A DNA stretch of 64,000 bases from Stegostoma tigrinum (GCF_030684315.1 NC_081378.1:14562575-14626574), one strand, 5' to 3'; shown: positions 1 to 12,753, numbered from the stretch's first letter. Notes: generated from the letters alone by a model not told the origin. Translations and numbers: made by a program.

Positions 1-2080
1 GGACAACGTTAGCAAGTCTCCAGTCCTCCGGGACCTCACCGATGTCTAAGGATGCTGCAAAGATATCTGGTAAGGCCCCGGTTATTTCCTCTCTCTCTTC
101 CCTCAGCAACCTGGGACAGATCCCATCTGGACCTGGGGTCTTGTCCACCTTAATGTGTTTTAGGATACCCAACACCACCTCCTTCCTTATGTCAACTTGA
201 CCTAGAGTAAGCAAACATCTATCCCTAACCTCTACATCTGTCATGTCCCTCTCCTTGGAGAATACTGATGCAAAGTACTTGTGAAGAATGTCACCCATTT
301 TCTCTGACTCAGCGCATAACTTTCCTTCTTTGTCCTTAAGTGGGCCAATCCTTTCTCTAGTTACCCTCTTGCTCCTTGTATATGAATGAATGACTTTGGG
401 ATTTTCCTCAACCATGTTTGCCAGCAATGTCTCATGTCCTCTTAGCCCTCTTAATCCCTTGTTTCAGATTCGCTCGACATTCCCGATTATTCTTGCAAAG
501 CTTCGTCTGTCTTCAGTCGCCTAGACCTCATATATGCTTCCTTTTTCTCTTGGCTGGTCTCTCAATTTCACCTGTCATCCATGGTTCCCTAATCTTGCCA
601 TTTTTATTCCTCATTTTCACAGGAACATGTCACTCCTGCACGCTAATCAACCTCTCCTTAAAAGCCTCCCACATATCAAATGTGGATTTACCTTCAAACA
701 GTTTCTCCCAATCTACATTCCTCAAATCCTGCCGAATCTTGGTATAGTCGGCCTTCCCCCAGTTTAGTACTCTTCCTTTAGGACCACTCCCATCCTTGTC
801 CATGAGTATTGTAAAACTTAGGGAATTGTAGTTGCTATTTCCAGAGTAGTCCCTTACTGTAATATCAACCACCTAGCTGGGTTCATTGCCCAGCACCAAG
901 TCTAGTATGGCCCCTTCCCGAGTTGGAGTACATACATACTGCTCTAGAAAACCCTCCTGGACACACCTTACAAATTCTGCTCCGTCTTGACCCCTAACAC
1001 TGAGTGAATCCCAGTCAATGATGGGAAAATTAAAATCTCCCATCACCACCACCCTGTTTTTCCCATACCTTTCCATTATCTGCTTATTTGTACCTCTATC
1101 TCTCGCTCGCTGTTGGGAGGCCTGTAGTACAGCCCCAACATTGTTACTGCATTAGTGCAGCTGTGATATTGTCTTTGACCAGTACTGCAACTCCTCCACC
1201 CCTTTTACCTTCCTCTCTATCCCACCTGAAGCATCGATATCCTGGGACAACTAGTTGCCAATCATGCCCTTCCATTAACCAAGTCTCAGTAATAGTAATA
1301 ACATCGTACCTCCAGGTACTGATCCAAGCCCTAAGCTCATCTGCCTTATCTACTACACTTCTCGCATTAAAATAAATGCACCTCAGACCACCTGTCCCTT
1401 TGTGTTCATCATCTGCTCCCTGACTACCATTCCCTTTAGTCACACTGACTCCATTATCTAGTTCCCAACAGGCTTTCGTTACTACTCTGTTCTGTCCAAT
1501 ATTTGGTTCCCATCCCCCTGCCACATTAGTTTAAACCCTCCCCAACAACATTAGCAAAAGTACCCCCAAGGACATTGGTTCCAGTCTGGCTCAAGTGTAG
1601 ACCATCCAATTTGTAATAGCTCCACCTTCCCCAGAACCAGATCCAATGTCCCAAAAATCTGAACCCCTCCTTCCTACACCATCTCAAGCCACGCATTCAT
1701 CCTGGCTATTCTTTGATTTCTGCACTGACTAGCATGTGGCACTGGTAGCGATCCTGAGATTACTACCTTTTTGAGGTCCTACTTTCTAACTTGGCTCCTA
1801 ACTCCCTAAATTCTGCTTGTAGGACCTCATCCCATTTTCTGCCTATATCGCTGGTGCCTACATGCACCACGACAACTGGCTGTTCACCCCCCCCACCCTT
1901 CAGAATGTTCTGCAGCCGATCGGAGACATCCCTGACCTGTGCACCTGGGAGGCAACGTACCATTCGGGAGTCCCGTTTTCGACCGCAGCACTGCCTATCT
2001 ACTCCCCTTGCAATTGAATCCCCAATGACTATTGCCCTTCCACTCTTTTTCCCCACCCTTCTGTACAGCAGAGCCAGCCA
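1..2080 (-). mobile_element. CR1 LINE, 5' part: ORF1 SGNH-esterase domain plus ORF2 APE endonuclease, disrupted; continues beyond the window start
   Basis: ORF1 RAIVIGDSIARGVDR...VVVHVGTSDIGRK (1763-2080). ORF2 LRCIYFNARSVVDKADEL...ITETWL, VVMGDFNFP, PTREGAILDLVLGN, broken by stops and frameshifts. Confidence 0.93.
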
Positions 2081-2084
2081 CTTA

Positions 2085-3005
2085 ATTGCCATTGAAAGTG
2101 ATGATGGACTGCCTTCTTGAACTGATACACTGACAATGCCATGAGGGTGGGAATTCCAGGATTTTAACAGTGGAGGACCAGCGATTATATTTCCAAGTTG
2201 AGACGTGCATGTCTTAGAGGAACGTGCAGCTCTCATGTACCCTCTGTCCTTCGAGATGGTAGGAGTCATTTATTGGGACTATATGAGGATCTTTGACACT
2301 CTTTATGCTGCTGCTACTGAGTGTTTATTTGTTTGTTAATGGTGGACATTTGTAGATTTGGGAGAAAATATTTATAGAATACCTACAGTGTGGAAGTCAG
2401 CCCTTTAGCCCAGCAAGCCCCATGTCCTATCAAAGACCTATCCCAATAACCCACCTAATCCTCACATTGCTGAAAACTGTGGGCAATTTGGCATGACCAA
2501 TCCACCGAGCCTGCACGTCGTTGTACTGTGGGAGGAAACTGGAGCACCCGGAGGAAATCCACCCAGACATGGGGAGAATGTGTGGAGTCTGCACAGTCAT
2601 CTGAGGGTGGAATCAAACCTGGGTCCCTGATGCTGTGAGGCAGCAGTGCCAACCACCGAGCCACCATGCCACCCAGGTGCAGATTGAATGGACTGTTTTG
2701 TTGTAAATCATGTAAGGATGCATGTGTTGGAGCTGTGCTCCTTCAGGCAAATGGAGAATATTTCACCTGACATGTGCCTTGTATATGGGCTTTGGGGAGT
2801 AAGGAGGTGAGTTACTTGGTGCTGTTTTCCTAGCATCTGACCCACTCTTGATTATAGTGAATCCAATTGTTTTCGTTAAATGGTAATTTCCATTAGGTCG
2901 ATATGAGGGGATTCAGTGATGGTAACACCATTAAATATCAAGGGTCAGTAGTTAATCTGTCTCTGGCATTTGTGTGGTGTGAATGTTACTTGCTGTCTGT
3001 GGCAA
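2085..3005 (-). mobile_element. Old 3' fragment of a CR1-group LINE (family B here), split by a SINE
   Basis: gccttcttgaa...ggaattccaggatttt...tatttccaagt motifs shared with copies at 46.3, 48.0 and 48.8 kb; resumes after the SINE at about 2675. Confidence 0.6.
2374..2674 (-). mobile_element. HE1-type tRNA-derived V-SINE
   Basis: Minus strand reads ggcatggtggctcggtggttggcactgctgcctcacagcatcagggacccaggtttgattcc (A/B boxes), then the V-domain and a CR1-like tail ...ttccacactgtaggtattctat. Confidence 0.9.
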
Positions 3006-3795
3006 TTGAGGTAAATTTCATAACAATATTTGTTTATTGGATTTGGAAGTTGATTGCTTGGCAAGTGCCACTGATTCACAGGATGTATGGGATGAGGAAT
3101 TTAAAATAAACTACAGCATTGTAGCCCACTTTTGAGAATGGTCAGTGTGATTTCTTCTTTTTCTCTTTCGCATGCAATATACATTTTTGGCACCTGAAAA
3201 TTATAGTTCGTATCCATGCATGATTTAGAAAATACACTTAAAGGTTTGTTTGGTTTTTTGTGTTCAACTCTGTTAATATGTTCGAATTGAAAATGTAATA
3301 GCAGTATGGTTGGGGTACAAGCAGTTAATGAGCGCACAGTGGCAATTTTTTTCACAAAAGTCCAGTTTGTGCCCTTAAAATGAAAGTTTCTGGGGAAGAT
3401 CATGCACATGTCTGACATAATATTATTCTGCACAGCAACTTGTGATTGTAGGTTCGTGACTATGGGTTTGTAGAAATGTTCAGTTCTTGTTTATGCAAAC
3501 GTTCAATGTCCTTTAGAAATATTTCATACACTGTGCAGTTTGTTTGTCTTGTGGGTATGCAGAAAAGTGAGACAGTCAAATTTTTTGGTACATTACTGAC
3601 ACTGCTTATCAAGAATAATTCGTGAACATGGTCAACAGCAAAATTTTAGCTTTTGCAACATCTAAAATGGAAAAAGCCCATTTACTGTTCTGATGATGGA
3701 ATACTTCAGTCAGATTGAAGTGTCACTGGCAAATGTTCTTTGTCATTCGCTGTGATACACCAGCAAAAATGGTCTTAATTCTACTGTTTTTATAG

Positions 3796-4180
3796 GACTC
3801 TGTCAACTAGTGATGATATTCATGATCGAGAAGCTGAGAAGGGCCGTCTTGAGGAAGCTTATGAGAAATGTGACCGTGATTTAGACGAATTGATTGTACA
3901 GCACTATACAGAACTTACCACAGCTATCAGGACGTACCAAAGTATCACAGAACGTATCACCAGCTCACGTAACAAAATCAAGCAGGTAAAGGAGAACCTG
4001 CTTTCATGCAAAATGCTGCTCCACTGCAAAAGGGATGAGCTACGCAAACTTTGGATTGAAGGTATTGAACACAAGCATGTCCTAAATTTGCTCGATGAAA
4101 TCGAGAACATCAAACAGGTGCCACAAAAGCTGGAGCGATGCATGGCAAGCAAACATTATCTTCATGCCACAGACATGCTG
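3796..4180 (+). CDS. EXOC4: EXOC4/Sec8 coding exon, 385 nt (equivalent to human exons 2+3 as recalled)
   Basis: Acceptor ttttatag|G at 3795/3796 and donor CTG|gtaggt at 4180/4181. Translates (R)[128 protein letters not shown], nearly identical to the vertebrate EXOC4 N-terminus. Confidence 0.97.
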
Positions 4181-4374
4181 GTAGGTACCCTGTGACACTT
4201 GCCTAAAATATGAACAGAGGTTTGTTTGAGTTGCTTTAGTAATCTCTGCAAATGGAACACTTGATAGCAAAGGATTCTGAATTGCTAACTGTGTTGTGTA
4301 AGTGTATTGTGAGCAGGCGTATACCTCCGGATTCTTGAACTTGTTCTGTTATTTGAATAGAAACAATTGTTATT

Positions 4375-7053
4375 GCAGGTTCTGGGATTTAGATGTTTCA
4401 TAAGAACAGAGAAGGTGGTAAAAGAGAGGGAGGTGTGACATTGTTGGTCAAGGACAGTATTACAGTTGCAGAAAAGATGTTTGGGGACTCGTCAACTGAG
4501 GTAGTATGGGCCGAGGTTAGAAACAGGAAATGAGAAGTCACCCTGTTGGGAGTTTTCTACAGGCCTCCAAATAGTCCCAGATATGTAGAGGAAAGAAAAG
4601 CAAAGATGATTCTCGATAGGAGTGAGAGAGACAGGGTAGTTGTCATGGGGGACTTCAATTTTCCAAATATTGACTGGGAGCACGATAGTTCGAGTTCTAT
4701 AGATGGGTCAGTTTTTGTCCAGTGTGTGCAGGAAGGCTTCCTGACACAGTATGTAGGCAGGCCAACAAGGGTGAAGCCACATTAGATTTGATACTGTGTA
4801 ATGAACCCAGCCAGGTGTTAGATTTGGAAGTAGGTGAGCACTTTGGTGTTAGTGATCACAATTCTGTTATGTTTACTTGAGTGATGGAAAGGGATAGGTA
4901 TATACCATTGGGCAAGAGTTATAGCTGGGGGAAAAGCAATTACGACGAGATTAGGCAAGATTTAGGGAGCATAGGATGGGGAAGGAAACAGCAGGGGATG
5001 GGCACATTAGAAATGTGGAGCTTTTTCAAGGAAAAGCTCCTGTGTGTCCAAGATAAGTATGTACCTGTCAGGCAGGGAGGAAGCTGTAGAGCACGGGAGC
5101 AGTGGTTTATAAAGGAGGTGGAATCACTCTTCAAGAGGAAGAAGGCTTATGTTAGGATGAGATGTGAAGGCTCAGTTAGGGCACTTGAGGGCTACAAGGT
5201 AGCCAGGAAAGACCTAAAGAGAGAGCTCAGAAGAACCAAGAGGAGACATGAGAAGTTCTTGGTGGATAGGATCAGGGTAAACCCTAAGGCTTTCTATAGG
5301 TACTTAAGGAATAAAAGAATGACGAGAGTAAGATTAGGGCCAATCAAGGATAGCAGTGGTAAGTTGTGTGTGGAGTCAGAGGAGATAGGGGAAGCACTAA
5401 ATGAATATTTTTCGACAATATTCACTCTAGAAAACGACAATGTTGTCGAGGAGAATACTGAGATACAGGCTACTAGACTAGGTGGGATTGAGGCTCACAA
5501 GGAAGAGGTATTAGAAATCCTACAGAGGGTGAAGACAGATGTCCCCTGGGCCAGATGGGATTTATCCTCGTATCCTCTGGGAAGCCAGGGAGGAGATTTC
5601 CGAGCCTTTGGCATTGATTTTTAACTCGTCATTGTCTACAGGAACAGTACCAGAAGATTGGAGGATAGCAAATGTGGTTCCCCTGTTCAAGAAGGGGAGT
5701 AGAGACAACCCTGGTAATTATAGACCAGTGAGCCTTACCACAGTTGTTGGTTAAGTGTTGGAAAAGGTTGTAAGAGATAGGATTTATAATCATCTAGAAA
5801 AGAATAAATTGATTAGGGATAGTCAGCATGGTTTTGTGAAGGGTAAGTCGTGCCTCACAAACCTTATTGAGTTCCTTGAGAAGGTGACCAAACAGGTAGA
5901 TGAGAGTAAACCGGTTGATGTGGTGTATATGGATTTCAGCAAGGTGTTCGATAAGGTTCCCCACAGTCACTATTGTACAAAATGCGGAGGAATGGGATTG
6001 TGGGAGATATAGCAGTTTGGATTAGAAATTGGCTTGCTGAAGGAGGGTGGTAGTTGATGGGAAATGTTCATCCTGGAGACCAGTTACTAGTGGTGTACTG
6101 CAAGGGTCAGTGTTGGGTCCACTGCTGTTTTGTCATTTTTATGAATGACCTGGATGAGGGCGTAGAGGATGGGTTAGTAAATTTGCAGACGACACTAAGG
6201 TCGGTGGAGTTGTGGAGAGTGACGAAGGATGCTGTAGGTTACAGAGAGACATAGATAAGCTGCAGAGCTGGGCTGAGAGGTGGCAAATGGAGTTTCATGC
6301 GGATAAGTGTGAGGTGATGCACTTTGGTAGGAGTAACCGGAATGCAAAGTACTGGGCTAATGGTAAGATTCTTAGTAGTGTAGATGAGCAGAGAGATCTC
6401 GGTGTCCATGTAAACAGATCCTTGAAAGTTGCCACCCAGGTTGACAGGGTTGTTAAGAGGGCATAGTGTTTTAGCTTTTATTAATAGAGGGATCGAGTTC
6501 CAGAACCATGAGATTATGCTGCAGCTGTACAAAACTCTGCGGCCGCACTTGCAGTATTGTGTACAGTTCTGTTCACCGCATTATAAGAAGGATGTGGAAG
6601 CTTTGTAAAGGGTGCAGAAGAGAGCTACTAGGATGTTGCCTGGTATGGAGGGAAGGTCTTACGAGGAAAGGCTGAGGTACTTGAGACTGTTTTCGTTTGG
6701 AGAGAAGGTGGTTGAGAGTTGACTTAATTGAGACATATAAGATAATCAGAGGGTTAGTTAGGGTGGATAGGGAGAGCCTTTTTTCTAGGATGGTGATGGC
6801 AAGCACGAGGGGGCATAGCTTTAAATTGGGGGGTGAAAGATATAGGACAGATGTCAGAGGTAGTTTCTTTACTCAGAGTAGTAAGGGAATGGAACGTTTT
6901 GCCTGCAACGGTAGTAGATTCGCCAAGTTTAAGTATATTTAAGTCATCACTGGACAAGCATATGGACGTACATGAATAGTGTAGGTTAGATGGGCTTCAG
7001 ACTGATATGACAGGTCGGCAAAACATCGAGGGCCTGTCCTGTCATGTTCTAAT
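4375..7053 (+). mobile_element. CR1 LINE, 5'-truncated ORF2 (APE-RT) with 3' UTR, inactivated
   Basis: GVFYRPP, VMGDFNFP, SPGPDGIYP, WRIANVVPLFKKG, NYRPVSLT, SQHGFVKGKSCLTNL, VDVVYMDFSK and WQMEFHADKC segments in shifting frames; tail gggcctgtcctgtcatgttcta. Confidence 0.95.
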
Positions 7054-7711
7054 TACTGACAAAGGTTTTTTGAAAAAACTGCTACTTTTGAAACCAAAGT
7101 GATGTTTGGTTATAAATGCATATCATGTTCCTTTTGATGGATTCAGGTAGACTGGAAAATATCAGATTTAAGCAAGGTTGCTTTTGGCTCTGAACTTTGT
7201 ACAGAGTTTTGCAGAATTGTGCCTGATTGCCTTGCCTCCTGGAGAAAACTAGCCAGGTTTTTATCCGTACCTTAGTACAAATTCATTCTCTCTTTATACA
7301 GGTCCTTTTATTTTTAACTGCAAAGATTGATGCTGAGAGAGCTGAATTGTATCACTGCCACCTGTGGGTGTGTGCACAGTTTTCCTAAGTGATTGAATGC
7401 ACCTATCCCATTTTGGGTTTTCTGTGGAGTCACTAAATAGGGCTCGAGGCCACCTCTATTACCTTCCTCCAGTCAGCCATCTCTCCAGGACTGAGTAAGT
7501 GACTGACTGCTTCCCTGGAACTATATTGATGATGTGCTCGTCTTGCTGTATTTGCTCACCATTTTGGTGTGATGATGCCAGTGGCACTTTTAATGGTTGG
7601 AGTCAGCTGATGTCTCAGTCTGTGTATTTGCTGGCAGCCATTTGGTTTTCTCGTTAATCACTTCGGACGTTGGATACAGTCTTTGCGATGTTAAAGATGA
7701 ACATCGAGTAG

Positions 7712-7816
7712 AAGGCCTGGCTGCATCTGTGAAGAAAAAAAATCAGAGTTAACATTTGGATCCGGTGACCCTTCCTCAGAACTCTTCCCTGAGGAAGGGT
7801 CACCAGACCTGAAACG
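7712..7816. mobile_element. Penelope pLTR hairpin fragment (family 2) with hammerhead-like motif
   Basis: ggtgacccttcctcag (7764-7779) is inverted against ctgaggaagggtcacc (7789-7804); + strand reads CTGAGGA a GGGTC acca GACCT GAAAC, then is truncated. Confidence 0.75.
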
Positions 7817-8419
7817 CGCGAGGTGCCAAGCAGTCTGCTCAGAGCTAGTAAAGTAAACAGCTTCTGAGCTTTGGTATTTTTTATGTTGGAATAATAGAAG
7901 CAGCCTGAATCGGTGGGGTCAAACTCCCATAGAACCAAGATTTTTTTAGCCTTCTGCAGGTGTTTGGGTCTTGAAGCTGAATGTGGAAGCTCTTATTCCT
8001 AGCTCTGTTATGGCTAAAGGCTGGGCTTCTCTTCTTGCTGCTAGAATTGCATATGAGACAATCAATTTTACTGACTTTGCTTTTGCCATGAGTGTGTTTA
8101 TGGGATGTTACTATTTTGGAACAGTTACTTAGTTAATTTAAAAAAAAATCTTGTTTGGTTAAGTGTTTCAAGAGTTACAGTTAAGCTAATTCTTTCTGTA
8201 TTTTAAGTGTAGTGTAAAAATACTGGCTTTTCAATTTTGATGCAAGCGTTAAACTTTCCATCGAAGCGAGCTGAAATTTGTTTTGGCATGGTAAATAAGG
8301 ATTAGCATTTTAAAAATGTTATTGAGGACTGCGATGAAACAGATATGATCTTAGGCTCGCAGAATTGACCATGCCTGTGCTGAATGCGTTTCAATGTAGA
8401 TAGGTGCAGCAGGTTGAGT

Positions 8420-9241
8420 CAAGTGTTAGGCATTTAATTTTCAAATTAAGGTCAGTACATTTTGAGTATAGGAGTTGGTTGGGGGCGGGGGGGGGCGGTG
8501 GTGTTCATGTTGTGGCTGTACAGGACTTTGCTTCTGATATATTTGGAATAATGCATTCAATTATGGTTTCCCTGCTCTATGACAAATGTTATGAAACTTG
8601 AAACGGTTCAGCAAAGATTTACAAGGATATTGCCAGGGTTGCATGCTACCCAGACCCATTACCCAAACCCACCTCCATGCACACACGGCTGAACACTATG
8701 GCCAGTCCACTTAGCCTGCACATATTTGGACTATAAGAGGAAACCAAAGCACCTGAGGAAATCCTCGCAGACATGGGAGAACGTGCAAACTCCACACAGA
8801 CCGTCACCCGAGAGGGTATCAAATGCAGGCCCATGGCACTGTGAGGCAACAGAGCTAACCACTGAGCCACCATGCTGCCCTTCCCTGGAGCATCAGAGGC
8901 TGGGTGGTGACCTTTTCAAGGTTTATTAAATCATGAAGTGCACGGATAAAGTGAATAGCCATGGTCTTATACCCAGGTTTAAGGAGAGGTGGGAAAAAAT
9001 TAAAAGGGACCTCTGGGGCTACCTTTTCACACAGGGTAATTCATGCATGGACTGAGCTGCCAGAGGGAAGTGATGGAGGCTGGTACAATGACAAGATTGA
9101 AAAGGCATCTAGATGGGTGCATGAATAGGAAAGGTTTAGAGGGATATAGGCCAAATGCTGGCAAATGGGACTGGATTGACTTAGGATATTTGGATGCATT
9201 GGATTGGAGGGTCTGTTTCCATGCTCTACATCTGTGACTCT
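8420..9241 (+). mobile_element. CR1 (HER1-like) 3' fragment interrupted by a SINE
   Basis: ttgagtataggagttgg...aaagatttacaaggatattgccaggg, then ctggagcatcagaggctg...gggtctgtttccatgctctacatctgtgactct. Confidence 0.8.
8647..8880 (-). mobile_element. HE1-type SINE (3'-truncated) nested in CR1
   Basis: Minus strand gggcagcatggtggctcagtggttagctctgttgcctcacagtgcc... with V-domain. Confidence 0.88.
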
Positions 9242-9912
9242 AGGTGGTAGAGCAAAGAAATGTCTGGGTACAGAAAAATACTTCATGAAAATTAGAAATG
9301 CAATTCAATAAGAAACCATAAAATGTGCAAACCAAATATTCTGGAAGAAATATAATTGACAAGAGAAATTTCATTCACAGTATTTGTGAAAAAAGCCACA
9401 TTTTGTTAGGTTTTTTTAAATGCTCCTCAGTACAATTTGTAGGAATACTAGCATAGAGGAAAACGAGGATTTATACTGTTTGTGGGACAGTGCTGATTGG
9501 TATAGGCATTGCATTGGAGAATATACTAGTTCAACTAGAAGGACAAAGACAACAGATGCGTGGGACCATAGGGACCATAATTCCTTCAAAGCAATACCAT
9601 TGGTTTGGGACAATATCATCTTTCCTTCACTGTTGCTCAGCCAAAATCCTGGCATTCACTTCCAGACAGCATTGTGGTTGTCTATACTCCAAGGACTGCA
9701 GCTGTTCAAGAAAACAGTGGACATCTATGCTCTTGAGCGCAATTTGCATGGGACAGTAAATGCTGGCCGAGTCAGTGACATGCAAGCTTTTACATTTAAA
9801 ATCTGTATGGAAATGTGTTTAAAGCACACTTAGTGTATATGCACATTCATTTTTGCAAGATGAAGAATGGGAGATACTGTGCTGATAGCAGAACAGGAAG
9901 AGTATTGTTATC

Positions 9913-10286
9913 AGGCCCGAAAGGACAGGTTTTGTGCTCCTACGTTGGTCTTTGGCCTGCTGTGTTCATCCAGCTGCACACTTTGTTATCTCGGATTCTC
10001 CAGCATCTGCAGTTCCCATTATCTCTGATCACAATTTTAACCTCCATTGCGAAGCCTCTTCCAGGGATGCCTAAACTGAAGAACTTACCCTCCTCCCTCC
10101 GGACCAACCTCAGGGGATCTCTCTCCCACTGCAACTCTCTTCAGTCTGCCTCTCCCTCTCTCCCTATTTATTTCATAGCCCTCTCCCCATCCCCCTTTTC
10201 TGATTAACAGTCTAAGCACAAAACATCAGCTTTTGTGCTCCTAAGATGCTGCTTGGCTTGCTGTGTTCATCCAGCTCCACACTTTG
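9913..10286 (+). mobile_element. Penelope-like element remnant: two direct partial pLTRs (family 1) separated by post-pLTR sequence
   Basis: ttttgtgctcc...tggcctgctgtgttcatccagct..acactttg occurs at about 9930-9985 and 10231-10286; both hammerhead motifs are decayed. Confidence 0.8.
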
Positions 10287-12753
10287 GAGCACCAGCCAAT
10301 TTACCTTGATAACCAAGTTTCTGGACATTTGCTAAAATGTTTTCTAATGATTTCTATTGTGCAGCTGCCAGCATTGTTAAAGTAGGTCCACATGAAACTT
10401 GGAGACAATAAAAATAATAAGTACTGTTTTGAAAAGTGTCAGGAACAATGAGACCTACATGAATATATGTGTAAGTCAATAAAACTGATAGGCACGTCAA
10501 GAGATCTGCTTCTACAAGGATAGTTTCTAGGTTTCTTCAGTGATGTGGCCTGTATATGAACAGAGGTGACACTGAATTTGTATAGGACATTGGTTATACC
10601 TCGGTTGAATTTTTTTTAAACAGCTCTGGAGCAGCACACTTGAGGAAAAATTTCAATGCATAGGAGAGTGCAGAAGAGGTAGCCAAGAATGCTGCTCAGG
10701 ATGACATCCATCAGTCATGAGGAAAGATTTGAATAACTTGCCCAGTTCAATAAAGAGCTTATTTCTTTGAAATACCAACTTCGTTTCTCTCTGCGCAGGC
10801 CTTGCTGACTATTTCCAGCATTTTTTTTATTTTGGATGATGGCAAAGCTCAAAGTTTTGATCCCCATCTAATCCAATTTATTAATCCTTTTGAAATGTAA
10901 CTCCTGGAGATATGATTTCATTTGCCATCAGGTATATCAGGCAAACAGGCTAACAGCTGGCAAGCAATTCAGTCTGCGGTTTGTCTACCCAGTGTTTGAG
11001 AATAGTCAGTTAATTAAGGGATAAGTTTATGACAGGCAATTGTTGGATCATTAAGTGGACCTACTTTAACAATGCTGGCCGCTGCACAATTGGCAAATAA
11101 TTCCTTCCAACGTTGGAGGACGCAGAAGGGACTCTAACATTCATCATGTGTAAACTGTTGTTCAAGCTTGAGTTTAAGGAAGAAAAAATAATCAGTGTAA
11201 AAATCAGTTCTGTGCTTTTTTGGAAAGAACTGTTGAAATCCAAGCGGTCTGGTATAATACAAAATGATTATTGGAAAGTTGTCATGATGTAGATGAGTCT
11301 GATTAGTCCACCAAAGATAAACAAAAAAGTTTGAAATAGTTTTGAATTGTGTTTTGCAAAAGGACTGAGATATGACCAACCCTTGTTTATCCTCCCTTTA
11401 TCAACTTAGAACCAATTCTTCTATTCTGACTTTCAGTAAGTGTTAAATGGAATATTCTTCCCAGTCTACTGGAAGCTTTTGGCATATGCTATGTCTTGAG
11501 AAACCAAGCAAGTTACAATCCCATGGGCCTGTGACATGATGACGGTTCATGTGAATGACTTGAGTGAACTGGCCAGGCGCATCTTGTTTATCCTTTTTGA
11601 TTTATCCTTTCATTGTCTGTGTGTGCCTTTGTGTGAGTTGGTGGGAGAGCATTGAAGGAGGTTAGGGTTTGACTCCTTGACATTTAGATTTATCTTGTGA
11701 TTTAACTTCTGTTCTGTTAAGTTACTAATAATGCAGTAGTTTTGTTAATTCTTTTGTTTTTAAGCTGTAAACTTGGTGTCTGGTATTTGTTATTCAAAAA
11801 GTATGGTTAGGAAATATTAGAGTCACTTTTTATTGTTGCAAGTACTGGGACAGGTAGGCTGATTTTTAGTTTTGGCTACCTGTCTTTATGGCATAAACAC
11901 TGTTTCAACAAGAATCTCAAGCATGTACAGTACTTTATTTTCAACTTGAAGAACTTTCCTGTTTTTTTTTATTTCCAGGTATAGAAGTTAACCTTCAAAT
12001 TCAGTTGCTAGTTCCAAAAGAAAAACTGTCTTGCATGGTATTCTAATTTGATAAATTGCTGTTACTGCATCAGAAAGCAGCTCCGAAAAGGTGCAGAATT
12101 TTGGGTAATATGAGAGTCCACCTGTTGAAATGAGTTTTTTTTTTTGCGTTGTGCTTAGAATTGATCTGTTTTGAGGCCCAAACAGGGACATGCTTGAAGA
12201 GAACTTTGTTCTTGTGCACACTTGCTTATTTTGCACTTTGTTGTACTTCCACTGTTGCCTCACAGCTAATGATGAAACTGGAAGTGGAGGGAGGAAATCT
12301 TGTCTGCTTTTAATTAAGGCAGATACCTTTTGTTTTAGCGCAACTGTTCTTTGTATTTGTGAAGTAAGTTTCGTACAGTATTCACAAAGTCGCTTCTTTA
12401 TTGCACAGTGCTTTAAGTGGAATTTGCCACAAAAAGTGTTCAGAAATGAAGTCAATTAAGTTCTATTGCAGACATGTACACCGTCAGCATTTTAATATGT
12501 TCTGAGTGAAATAGATGGGGAAACAAAACTGTATTTTGGTACTTCTGGAATTTATGCATTTTTATGAACAACGTGTTTTTTTTCTTGGAAAATTACCTTT
12601 GCCAAAAAGAATACAGGTAACTTGTGTAAGCACCTGAAGATTGCAAATAATACTTTGTGGATTGCATCCTTGAATTTCCTTTTTTTCCCCACTTAAATTA
12701 ATTTGAGTAATTTTTTACTTGTGAAACGGTAATTCCGACATTGTCGTCATAAC

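Noticed and set aside
2590-2674. tRNA-like sequences at SINE heads as real tRNA genes
   Set aside because: They continue directly into SINE bodies and tails and lack an intact cloverleaf.
3690-3740. CTGATGA followed by a small hairpin, 100 nt upstream of the first exon (hammerhead or box C/D snoRNA?)
   Set aside because: No GAAA after the stem, and no box D (CTGA) with terminal stem at a suitable distance.
11988-12455. 155-aa ORF on the - strand
   Set aside because: Low-information K/S/F-rich translation of AT-rich intron with no homology I can recognise.
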